DNA from: an uncultured Verrucomicrobiae bacterium
GTDB lineage: Bacteria > Verrucomicrobiota > Verrucomicrobiia > Chthoniobacterales > UBA10450
DNA length: 64,000 nt
Direction of reading: 5' to 3'
NCBI GenBank assembly: GCA_963834385.1
Contig: CAWIBO010000002.1
Location: 704,001-768,000 of the forward strand
The notes under the pieces are model-generated. The model was not told the origin of the DNA. It did not search any database and saw nothing but the letters and a program-made list of their open reading frames with translations. The stretch's first letter is position 1; each line of letters starts with the position of its first letter. A program made the translations under genes and the position numbers. Positions 20,018-28,143 of the stretch are shown here, one piece after another.

Positions 20018-21685
20018 ATGGATACGCGACTCCTGATCGACGGCTTTGTTCTGCTCCTTTATTTCTTCGGAATCGTCGCCATCGGCCTCTACGCCGGGCG
20101 GCGCAACCGCGATCTCCAGGACTTCTCGCTCGGAGCCCGCTCCATCCCCTGGTGGGCGGTGCTCGCCTCGATCATCGCGGCCGAGACCAGCGCCGCCACT
20201 TTTCTCGGCACCCCGGCCGAGGGCTTCAAGACCCGCGCCTATTTCTACGGCCAGCTGGTCATCGGCACCATCCTCGCCCGCGTCATCATCGCCTACACCT
20301 TCATCAAGCCCTACTACGATTACCGCGTCCAGAGCGTCTACGAGTTCCTCACCGTCCGCTTCGGCACCGCGACCAAGAACATGGCCAGCGGCATTTTCCT
20401 TTTCACCCGCGTCCTCGGCATCGGGGTCCGCCTTTATCTCGGCGGCGCCATCATGGTCGTGGTCTGGCGTTACCTTTTCCCCGAGCTGCCGGTCAACCTC
20501 AACACCTACGTCTGGGGCATTATCTTCGTCACCGTCATCACCACGATTTATACCGCGGTCGGCGGGATCAAGGCCGTGGTCTGGACCGATCTGATCCAGG
20601 CCATCCTCATGTTCAGCTCGGTCATTTTCGCCATCATTCTCCTGCTGAAAAACATCCCGGGCGGCTTCGAGACGGTGAAGGAAAACCTCGGCGGGCTCGA
20701 CCAGATCAAGTTCGTCCAGACCGGCTGGGACGCGAGCCTGGCCTTCGGCCCGGCCCTGAAAGCGATGCTGGAGGAACCTTACACCCTCTTCGCGGCCTTT
20801 ATCGCCTCCACCCTCCTGACCATGGCCACGCACGGGACCGACCAGGACATGGTGCAGCGGATGCTGACCGCGCCCGATCATCACAAGTCGCGCCTTTCCC
20901 TCATTCTCAGCGGCATCATGGACGTGCCGATCGTGGTCGCCTTTCTCAGCGTCGGCATTCTGCTTTCCGTTTATTACGGCGTGGTCCCGGGGAAAACGCT
21001 GCCGGCGGCCGACAACGAAATCTTTGGGCACTACATCGTGCACGAGATGCCGGTGGTCTTCCGGGGTCTGATCATCGCGGGCGTCTTTGCCACCATGATG
21101 GGATCGACCTCGGCCGCCTTGAACGCGCTCGCGACCAGTTTCACGAAGGATTTTTATCTCCCGTATTTCAACCGGAACGCGACTGACCGGCAGGCCATTC
21201 GCGCCGCCCGGATTTCCACGGCCGTCTTCGGCGTCCTGATGATCATCGTGGCCACGATGGCGGCCAATGCCGTCCTGCAGGACGCGAAGCTGACCATCAT
21301 TCCGATTGCCATCGGGATTCTCGGCTACACCTACGGCGCCCTCCTGGCGGTGTTCCTGCTCGGGATGCTGACCAAGCGGCGCGGGCGCGACGGGATGAAC
21401 GTCATCGCCATGGCCATCGGCATCACCTCGGTGCTCATTCTTTGCCGTGTCTCCATTCCCGCGCTCGACCTGCTCGCGTTGTTCCGCGGCGATGTCGTCC
21501 CGGTGCACTGGCAGTTCGGTTATTTCATGCCGGGCTGGTGGCCGAGAATTTCCTGGCCCTGGTTCGTCCTGGTCGGCTGCAGCGTGACCTTCACCCTGAG
21601 CGTCCTTTTCCCCACCCCGAAGGCGCAGATCGAAGCGGCCGAGGCCCACGTGCGCAACGAGCCGCCCCCGGGTCCGCCGGTCTAG
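20018..21685 (+). CDS. Sodium:solute symporter
   Basis: SIIAAETSAATFLG.P, YTAVGGIKAVVWTD, GTDQDMVQR. Confidence 0.92.
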   Translation: MDTRLLIDGFVLLLYFFGIVAIGLYAGRRNRDLQDFSLGARSIPWWAVLASIIAAETSAATFLGTPAEGFKTRAYFYGQLVIGTILARVIIAYTFIKPYYDYRVQSVYEFLTVRFGTATKNMASGIFLFTRVLGIGVRLYLGGAIMVVVWRYLFPELPVNLNTYVWGIIFVTVITTIYTAVGGIKAVVWTDLIQAILMFSSVIFAIILLLKNIPGGFETVKENLGGLDQIKFVQTGWDASLAFGPALKAMLEEPYTLFAAFIASTLLTMATHGTDQDMVQRMLTAPDHHKSRLSLILSGIMDVPIVVAFLSVGILLSVYYGVVPGKTLPAADNEIFGHYIVHEMPVVFRGLIIAGVFATMMGSTSAALNALATSFTKDFYLPYFNRNATDRQAIRAARISTAVFGVLMIIVATMAANAVLQDAKLTIIPIAIGILGYTYGALLAVFLLGMLTKRRGRDGMNVIAMAIGITSVLILCRVSIPALDLLALFRGDVVPVHWQFGYFMPGWWPRISWPWFVLVGCSVTFTLSVLFPTPKAQIEAAEAHVRNEPPPGPPV

Positions 21686-23454
21686 CTTTTCTCGTGCAGC
21701 TTCAGGCCGAGGTCGCGCAATTGCCGCGGGTCAACGGTGGCGGGCGATTGCGTCATCAATTCCTGCCCGCGATTGTTCTTCGGGAAGGCCATCACGTCGC
21801 GGATTGATTCCTCGCCGCAGATCAGCATGACGAGGCGGTCCAGCCCGAGGGCAATCCCGCCGTGCGGCGGTGTCCCCAGGCGAAAGGCGCGCAGGAGATG
21901 GCCAAACTGGGTTTGCTGTTCCTCCGGGCTGATCCCGAGAACGTCGAACATCTCCGCCTGCAGCCCGGGCTCGTGAATCCGGATGCTGCCGCCGCCAATT
22001 TCCACCCCGTTCAGGACCACGTCGTAGGCCTCGGCCCGCACTTCCCCGAACCGCTTCTCCGCCAGCAGCGGCAGATCCTCCGCAGCCGGGCGGGTAAAGG
22101 GATGATGGACCGCGTTCCATTTCCCCGACCCCGCGTCCTGCTGGAGGAGGGGAAATTCGGTCACCCAGAGAAAATCGAGCTGATCGGAACCGGCCGTGAG
22201 CTTCTGGTACTCGGCCACGCGCAGCCGGAGCCGGCCAAGGACCTCGCAGGCCACCTCCCACTTGTCGGCGGCAAAGAGGATAAGGTCGCCTTCGGCCACT
22301 TCGAGTTTTGCCTGCAGGGTGGCCCGCTCTTCCGCCGAGAAAAATTTCACGATCGGCGATTTCCATTCGCCCTGCTCGACCTTGATAAAGGCGAGACCTT
22401 TCGCCCCGAAAGCTTTCGCCATCGCGGTCAGGTCATCCGTCTGGCCAATGGTCAAACTGGCAAAATCTTTCGCGTTGATCGCCTTGACCACCCCGCCGCT
22501 CTCAATCGCGCCCCGGAAGACCTTGAAGGCGCTCTCCCGGAAGTCCTCTGTCAGGTCAACCAGTTGCATCCCAAAACGGCGGTCGGGTTTGTCGCTGCCC
22601 CAGGTGCCGACCGCCTCGCGGTAGGTCACGCGCGGGAACGGCGTCGGAATCTCGAGGCCGCGGGCGGCCCGGAAAACCGACGCCAGCATCCCCTCGGTCA
22701 GCGCGTAGATGTCGTCCGGGCGGACAAAGGAGGACTCGATGTCGATCTGGGTGAACTCAGGCTGCCGGTCGGCCCGCAGGTCCTCGTCGCGAAAGCACTT
22801 TGCGATTTGGAAATATTTTTCCACGCCGGCCACCATGAGCAGCTGTTTATACTGCTGCGGCGCCTGCGGCAGGGCGTAAAACCGGCCGGGCGCGAGCCGG
22901 CTCGGAACCAGGAAGTCTCGCGCGCCTTCGGGGGTGCTCTTGGAAAGGATCGGGGTCTCGATCTCCACGAACCCCTGGGTGTCGAGATAATCGCGTGCCG
23001 CCTTGGTCACCCGATGCCGGGTGCGGAGATTGCCGGCCAGGCGCGGACGGCGCAGGTCGAAAAAGCGCCAGGTCAGTTCGAGATCCTCGTTGCTCAACTC
23101 GGCGTCGAGCTGAAAGGGCAGATGCTCGGCCCGGTTCAGGACTGTCAGTGCCCGGGCCACCACCTCGATTTCACCCGTGGCCAGTTTCGAATTTTCCGTC
23201 CCGGCCAGGCGAGGCGCGATGCGGCCCGTCACCTGGATCACGTCTTCACTGCGCAACTGGTGCGATTGCGCCGCCACCTCGGCATTCTCCTCGGGGCGAA
23301 AAACCACCTGCGTCAGCCCCTCGCGATCGCGCAGGTCGATGAAGATGACGCCGCCGTGGTCCCGGGTGGCGTCCACCCACCCGGCGAGGGTGGCTTCTCC
23401 GCCGACGTCTTCACGGCGCAGCTGGTTGCAATGATGGGTCCGGTATTTTTCCAT
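21682..23454 (-). CDS. aspS: Aspartate--tRNA ligase
   Basis: YRTHHC, RDHGGVIFIDLRD, STPEGARDFLVPSR, FRDEDLRADRQPEFTQID, PPHGGIALGLDR. Confidence 0.98.
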   Translation of the reverse strand: MEKYRTHHCNQLRREDVGGEATLAGWVDATRDHGGVIFIDLRDREGLTQVVFRPEENAEVAAQSHQLRSEDVIQVTGRIAPRLAGTENSKLATGEIEVVARALTVLNRAEHLPFQLDAELSNEDLELTWRFFDLRRPRLAGNLRTRHRVTKAARDYLDTQGFVEIETPILSKSTPEGARDFLVPSRLAPGRFYALPQAPQQYKQLLMVAGVEKYFQIAKCFRDEDLRADRQPEFTQIDIESSFVRPDDIYALTEGMLASVFRAARGLEIPTPFPRVTYREAVGTWGSDKPDRRFGMQLVDLTEDFRESAFKVFRGAIESGGVVKAINAKDFASLTIGQTDDLTAMAKAFGAKGLAFIKVEQGEWKSPIVKFFSAEERATLQAKLEVAEGDLILFAADKWEVACEVLGRLRLRVAEYQKLTAGSDQLDFLWVTEFPLLQQDAGSGKWNAVHHPFTRPAAEDLPLLAEKRFGEVRAEAYDVVLNGVEIGGGSIRIHEPGLQAEMFDVLGISPEEQQTQFGHLLRAFRLGTPPHGGIALGLDRLVMLICGEESIRDVMAFPKNNRGQELMTQSPATVDPRQLRDLGLKLHEKS

Positions 23455-23471
23455 GGCGAAAAAGGCCCGGT

Positions 23472-24737
23472 TCAATCCCGCGCCCGGGGGGACACACTGG
23501 AGGATTGCGTGAGGTGCGCAAGCAGCTCTTCCTGCGCGACGAGTTCCTGCGCGCCCGTGCCGAGGGTCTTGACCCCGACCTGCGGCCATTCGTCGCCATA
23601 AATCAACGCGAGGCGGGCGCCGGCCTGTTCGGCCAGTTGGAACTGCTTCCCGACTTTGGTCGCGCCCAGCGCATAATCCGCCCGGAAACCGGCATCACGC
23701 AGATCCTGCAACTGCCGGAGCGCATCGGCGCGCCGCTCTTCCTTTGCCACCACGAGGAAAAGGTCGGTCCCGCCTCCCTGGGCCAGCGCCCGCTTCATCT
23801 GCTCGCACGGACCCGTGGTGTTCTCGATCAGGTCCCCCAGGACGACGTCTCCGATGGCAAAACCGAGCGCCGGCAGGTTCACCGCGCCGTCGCTCAGCTG
23901 GTGGATGAGGTTGTCATAGCGCCCACCCCCGGCGATGGCCCGCAGTTTGCCCGCCCGGTCAAAGACCTCGAACACCACCCCCGTATAATAGGCCAGGCCC
24001 CGCACGATCCCGAGATCGATGGCCACGTAATCAGCCAGCCCGCGCGCGGCCAGGTCCGCCCGCAACTGCTCCAGGCCGGGATGGGCCGGTGGATTCTCGA
24101 TCACGGCGAAAACCTTCTCCGCGAGGGGTTGCCCCAGCCGCTCGGCCGTTTTTGCCCGCGGTTCCCGTTCACTTTTGTCGATGATCTGGAGCACCTCCGG
24201 CCACCGCTCCTCGGGAACGGCCTGCTCGCGCAGAAAATCGGTCCAGAACGCGCGGTCGCTCACGCGCACCACAAACTCATTGGCGCTGAACCCAAAGGCG
24301 CGCACGACGTCGACCGCCAGGGCGATCATCTCGGCGTCCGCGGCCGGGCCCGGCTCGCCGATGAGGTCGCAGTTGAGCTGGAAATGCTCGCGCAACCGTC
24401 CGCGCTGCTGTTTTTCGTATCGAAAACACTGGGCGATGGCGAACCACTTGAGCGGTTTCTTGAACTGGCGGTCATTCGCGGCCACCACGCGCGCCAGCGT
24501 CGGCGTCAGCTCCGGCCGCATCGCCACCTCCCGTTCCCCCTTGTCGGTGAAATTAAAAAGCTGGTGGACGATCTCCGGCCCGCTCTTTTTTTGGTAAAGC
24601 GCCGTCGGCTCCAGAATCGGGCCGTCCCACTCGACAAAGCCGTAGCCCGCCGCAGTCCGGCGCCATTGGTCAAAGAGGTAGTTCCGCCGGGCACAGTCAG
24701 CCGGCAGGAAATCGCGAAATCCGGGCAGCGTCTGCAT
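23472..24737 (-). CDS. hisS: Histidine--tRNA ligase
   Basis: GFRDFLP, RPELTP, FRYEKQQRGRLREH, VRGLAYYTG, GGGRYD. Confidence 0.97.
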   Translation of the reverse strand: MQTLPGFRDFLPADCARRNYLFDQWRRTAAGYGFVEWDGPILEPTALYQKKSGPEIVHQLFNFTDKGEREVAMRPELTPTLARVVAANDRQFKKPLKWFAIAQCFRYEKQQRGRLREHFQLNCDLIGEPGPAADAEMIALAVDVVRAFGFSANEFVVRVSDRAFWTDFLREQAVPEERWPEVLQIIDKSEREPRAKTAERLGQPLAEKVFAVIENPPAHPGLEQLRADLAARGLADYVAIDLGIVRGLAYYTGVVFEVFDRAGKLRAIAGGGRYDNLIHQLSDGAVNLPALGFAIGDVVLGDLIENTTGPCEQMKRALAQGGGTDLFLVVAKEERRADALRQLQDLRDAGFRADYALGATKVGKQFQLAEQAGARLALIYGDEWPQVGVKTLGTGAQELVAQEELLAHLTQSSSVSPRARD

Positions 24738-24876
24738 CAGGAACGATGGGGAACCGGCAGGCAGCCGCGGGCGCGTTCTCCTGCGAATTGAGGATGCCGT
24801 TGAATAATCCGCCCCTGCGGAGAGTCCGAGAGATTCACGGCGGAAAGCATCCGTTTAACTACAACAAAGGACAAAT

Positions 24877-25347
24877 ATGAAACACATGACATTAGCAAAA
24901 ACCCTCGGAGCCGGTGCCGCCTGCGCGCTGGCCCTGACCGGCCTGAACGCGCAAACGAGCACGACCACCACGGTCGGCACCGGTGGCGTCTCGACCAGCG
25001 TCTCGACCACCACGAGCGCCGGTTCCTTCGTGAATGTGGCCCCGAGCGGCGACTACTTCACCTTCAGCGCCACCGCCGGCGCGGAGCCGAACCGTTACTA
25101 TTACTCCAAGGAAACGACCGTGGTCGACCCGAGCGGCCGGACTGTGGCCTGGAACGAGATCCGCCCGGAAATGCCGGCCAAGGTCTATTACGTGCAGGAA
25201 GGCGACCGCATGATCGTGCGCAAGGTCGTCCTGGAACGCCCCGTGACCGTGGAAAAGACGACCACGACCACGACGGAAGCGGCCCCGGTCGTGCCGGTGG
25301 TGGAGGAGAAGAAGACCACCACGACCACGACGGTTACCAAGCCGTAG
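24877..25347 (+). CDS. Hypothetical Thr-rich secreted protein
   Basis: Signal peptide, poly-Thr tracts, AAAGGA SD, downstream terminator. Confidence 0.8.
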   Translation: MKHMTLAKTLGAGAACALALTGLNAQTSTTTTVGTGGVSTSVSTTTSAGSFVNVAPSGDYFTFSATAGAEPNRYYYSKETTVVDPSGRTVAWNEIRPEMPAKVYYVQEGDRMIVRKVVLERPVTVEKTTTTTTEAAPVVPVVEEKKTTTTTTVTKP

Positions 25348-25380
25348 TCTGAGTTTGGCGCCGGCTGAGGCCGGCGAGGG

Positions 25381-25426
25381 AAAAGAAGGCGCCCGCGGAA
25401 CGAGTTTCCGCGGGCGCTTTTCGTTT
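25381..25426. terminator. Intrinsic terminator, probably bidirectional
   Basis: 12-bp stem GCGCCCGCGGAA/TTCCGCGGGCGC with A and T flanks, between convergent genes. Confidence 0.8.
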
Positions 25427-26396
25427 AATCCGCGTAGCCGCGCGGGAAACGCTCGTGCCAGCGCCAGGCGCTTTCGATGATGGTCCCGATCTCCTGGAAC
25501 TGCGGCGACCATCCCAGCTCGCTCTTGATGCGGGCGGAGGAGGCAATCAGCCGGGGCGGATCGCCCGGCCGGCGCGGTTGCTCCGTTACCGGGATCTCGC
25601 GCCCCGTCACCTTCCGGCAGGCCTCGATCACTTCGCGGACGCTGGTGCCGCCGCCCGTGCCGAGATTGTAAAATTCACTCCGGGGCGATTGCAGGGCGAG
25701 AAGATGCGCCCGGGAGAGATCGAGAATGTGGATGTAATCCCGGATGCAGGTGCCATCCGGCGTCTCGTAATCGGTCCCGTAGATTTCCACCCGTTCCTTC
25801 TGGCCGAGCGCGACCTTGAGCACATTGGGGATCAGGTGGGTCTCAACCCGGTGATCCTCCCCGAACCTGTCCGTCGCGCCCGCGGCGTTGAAATAACGCA
25901 GGGCCACGAAACGCAGCTCGTGGATCTGGTCGTACCAACGCAGGACACGCTCGAAGGCCAGCTTGGATTCGCCATAGGGATTGATCGGGCGCTGCGGCAG
26001 CGATTCATCGATCGGGACCCGCTCGGGCGGGCCAAAGGTCGCGCAGGTGGAGGAGAAGACGAGCCGCCGCACCCCCGTGGCGACCATGCCGTCGAGCAGG
26101 TTGATCCCGTTGGTGACGTTGTTTCGGAAATACTTCGAGGGGTTCGTCATCGATTCGCCCACCAGCGCGCTGGCGGCGAAATGCATCACGGCTTCCGGCT
26201 CGGTCCGGGCCAGGATCGCCTCGAGCCCGTCGCGATCGCCCAGGTCGCCCTCGATAAACTCGGCCCGCGGGTCAATCGCCCCGCGATGACCCTCGGAAAG
26301 GTTGTCAAAGACGACAACCTCGTTCCCTTCATCGAGGAGCAGTTGCGTGCAGACGCTCCCAATGTATCCCGCGCCGCCGGCCACAAAGACTTTCAT
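25425..26396 (-). CDS. galE: UDP-glucose 4-epimerase
   Basis: GGAGYIGS, VGESM, FSSTCA, PYGESK, LRYFNAAG, DGTCIRDYIH. Confidence 0.97.
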   Translation of the reverse strand: MKVFVAGGAGYIGSVCTQLLLDEGNEVVVFDNLSEGHRGAIDPRAEFIEGDLGDRDGLEAILARTEPEAVMHFAASALVGESMTNPSKYFRNNVTNGINLLDGMVATGVRRLVFSSTCATFGPPERVPIDESLPQRPINPYGESKLAFERVLRWYDQIHELRFVALRYFNAAGATDRFGEDHRVETHLIPNVLKVALGQKERVEIYGTDYETPDGTCIRDYIHILDLSRAHLLALQSPRSEFYNLGTGGGTSVREVIEACRKVTGREIPVTEQPRRPGDPPRLIASSARIKSELGWSPQFQEIGTIIESAWRWHERFPRGYAD

Positions 26397-26428
26397 CCGG
26401 CGAGATTTCGGCGCTGCGCGCCGCGATG

Positions 26429-26959
26429 TCAAAGAGTGGCGTTGGTCGCGCGGGGTCCCCGGCGCTGTTTTTCCTGCAGAGCGACGACCATGCGCCGGAC
26501 CTTGGCGTGCCGGCGCCGCGGGGTCAGCACCTTGAGACTTTCGGTCTCCGAGCCCCATTCCAGGATCTCGATATCAACGTGGCGAACACCCCAGCGCCGC
26601 ATCCCCACCTTCGACGTCTTGTAGAGATCAATCGTGTTCGTTCCCACAAGGGCGCCGCCGTAGTCGTCGATCTGGTAAATCTCGTTCGTTTGCAGAACCC
26701 GAAACTTCGTTCCCAGCGGATAGCGGGACCAGTCCGACGCGGCGCTGATGACGCGACTGCCGGAAAGCCGGCGGCCAAGGGCATTGCGCGGCCCGCCCCC
26801 GCCCCGCTCGGAGTGGGTGTAGGCGGTTGTCCGCACCTTGGTCACCCGGTGGGTGGATTGCTTCTGCGCCACCGGGGGCGATACCTGCGTGGCACAACTG
26901 GAGAAAACGACGATTGCGCCCAGACAGAGCGCAAGTCGCAGGGGGGTCGACTTTTGCAC
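26429..26959 (-). CDS. 3D-domain lipoprotein (start codon uncertain)
   Basis: VRTTAY, AASDWSRYPLGT, DDYGGA..TNTIDLY, WGVRHV. Confidence 0.82.
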   Translation of the reverse strand: MQKSTPLRLALCLGAIVVFSSCATQVSPPVAQKQSTHRVTKVRTTAYTHSERGGGGPRNALGRRLSGSRVISAASDWSRYPLGTKFRVLQTNEIYQIDDYGGALVGTNTIDLYKTSKVGMRRWGVRHVDIEILEWGSETESLKVLTPRRRHAKVRRMVVALQEKQRRGPRATNATL

Positions 26960-27023
26960 GATGGCGGTCAAGTAGCGGTTGAACCCGGGAGGCGCAAGCC
27001 ATAATTTCCGGCCCCGCCGCGAC

Positions 27024-27674
27024 ATGACCCCCGTATTTCCCGCCGCCCAGACCCGTGTTGCGCCCGAGGTCCTGCTGGACGGCCGACTGGCGCTTTTCCA
27101 TGAAAAAGAGCGTTGGCTGGCGGTGGCCGACCTACATTACGGGTTTGAACTGAGTCAGCGGGCAGCCGGCTGGCTCACCCCGGTCTGGGGCATGGCCTCG
27201 GTGGAGACCCAGCTCGATTCTCTCCTGGAAACATTTGTCCCGGAACGGCTTATCATTGTCGGCGACCTGGTGCACGATCGCACCGCTCTCCCGGACGTCT
27301 GCCGTCTGCTCGAGCATTTGCGGCAGAAAACCGAGGTGATCGTCGTGGCCGGCAATCACGACCGCCACCTGGGCGGCGCGGTTCCGCTGGTCTCGCACTA
27401 CGAAACACCCGGGTTCCATTTTCACCATGGGCATTGCGCGGCCGCGGCCAACGGCCGGACGCGCATCATCGGGCATCATCACCCGGCCGCCAGCCTGAGC
27501 GACGGGGCGGGGCTGCGCTTGAAGTTGCCGGCGTTTGTCCAGGAAGGCGATTGCTGGATCCTGCCCGCCTTTTCGCCCTGGGCGGCCGGGGCGGCCTGGA
27601 AACAGACGGAGGAAAGCCGCGTCTGGCTCTGCTCGCCCCGCCGGATCCTGGAAGTATCGAGAAAAGCCGCCTAG
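27024..27674 (+). CDS. Metallophosphoesterase (PdeM-like)
   Basis: ADLHYG, GDLVH, GNHD, HGH, GHHHP, LPAF. Confidence 0.88.
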   Translation: MTPVFPAAQTRVAPEVLLDGRLALFHEKERWLAVADLHYGFELSQRAAGWLTPVWGMASVETQLDSLLETFVPERLIIVGDLVHDRTALPDVCRLLEHLRQKTEVIVVAGNHDRHLGGAVPLVSHYETPGFHFHHGHCAAAANGRTRIIGHHHPAASLSDGAGLRLKLPAFVQEGDCWILPAFSPWAAGAAWKQTEESRVWLCSPRRILEVSRKAA

Positions 27675-28129
27675 GCGGCCGCGGTCGAGCCCAGCTCCTC
27701 GGTGCATTCCGGGCAGCGTTTCGCCTTGATCGGAATCGACTTGGTGCAGGCCGGACAATCCTTCACCACCGCCGGTGCGTTCGGCTTCGGTTTCTTCATC
27801 CGGTTAATGCCGCGTACCAGGAGAAAAATGGCGAAGGCCACGATGATGAAATTGATCACGAGGGTGAGGAAGTTCCCGTAGTTCCAGGTGATGGCCCCGA
27901 GCTTTTCCGCCTCTGCCGGGGTGGAAAACGAACCGCCCCCGGGGGCGTCCTTCAAGACAATGAACATGTTGGAGAAATCGAGTCCGCCCGTGAGCAGGCC
28001 AATCACCGGCGTGATGAGATCTTTGACGAGCGAGGAAACAATGCCGCCGAAGGCGGCGCCAATGATGACACCAACCGCCAGATCAAGGGCGTTGCCCTTG
28101 ATGGCGAATTCCTTGAATTCTTTCCACAT
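27671..28129 (-). CDS. mscL: Large-conductance mechanosensitive channel with C-terminal zinc ribbon
   Basis: [34 protein letters not shown]; tail CPAC...CPEC. Confidence 0.95.
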   Translation of the reverse strand: MWKEFKEFAIKGNALDLAVGVIIGAAFGGIVSSLVKDLITPVIGLLTGGLDFSNMFIVLKDAPGGGSFSTPAEAEKLGAITWNYGNFLTLVINFIIVAFAIFLLVRGINRMKKPKPNAPAVVKDCPACTKSIPIKAKRCPECTEELGSTAAA

Positions 28130-28143
28130 AACAAATCAGTGAC

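Noticed and set aside
19589..21649. Long antisense or alternative-frame ORFs (e.g. 19589-21649, 21862-23601, 43561-45558, 49947-51899, 58596-60437, 61500-63377)
   Set aside because: Shadow ORFs of real genes in high-GC DNA, with no recognisable motifs.
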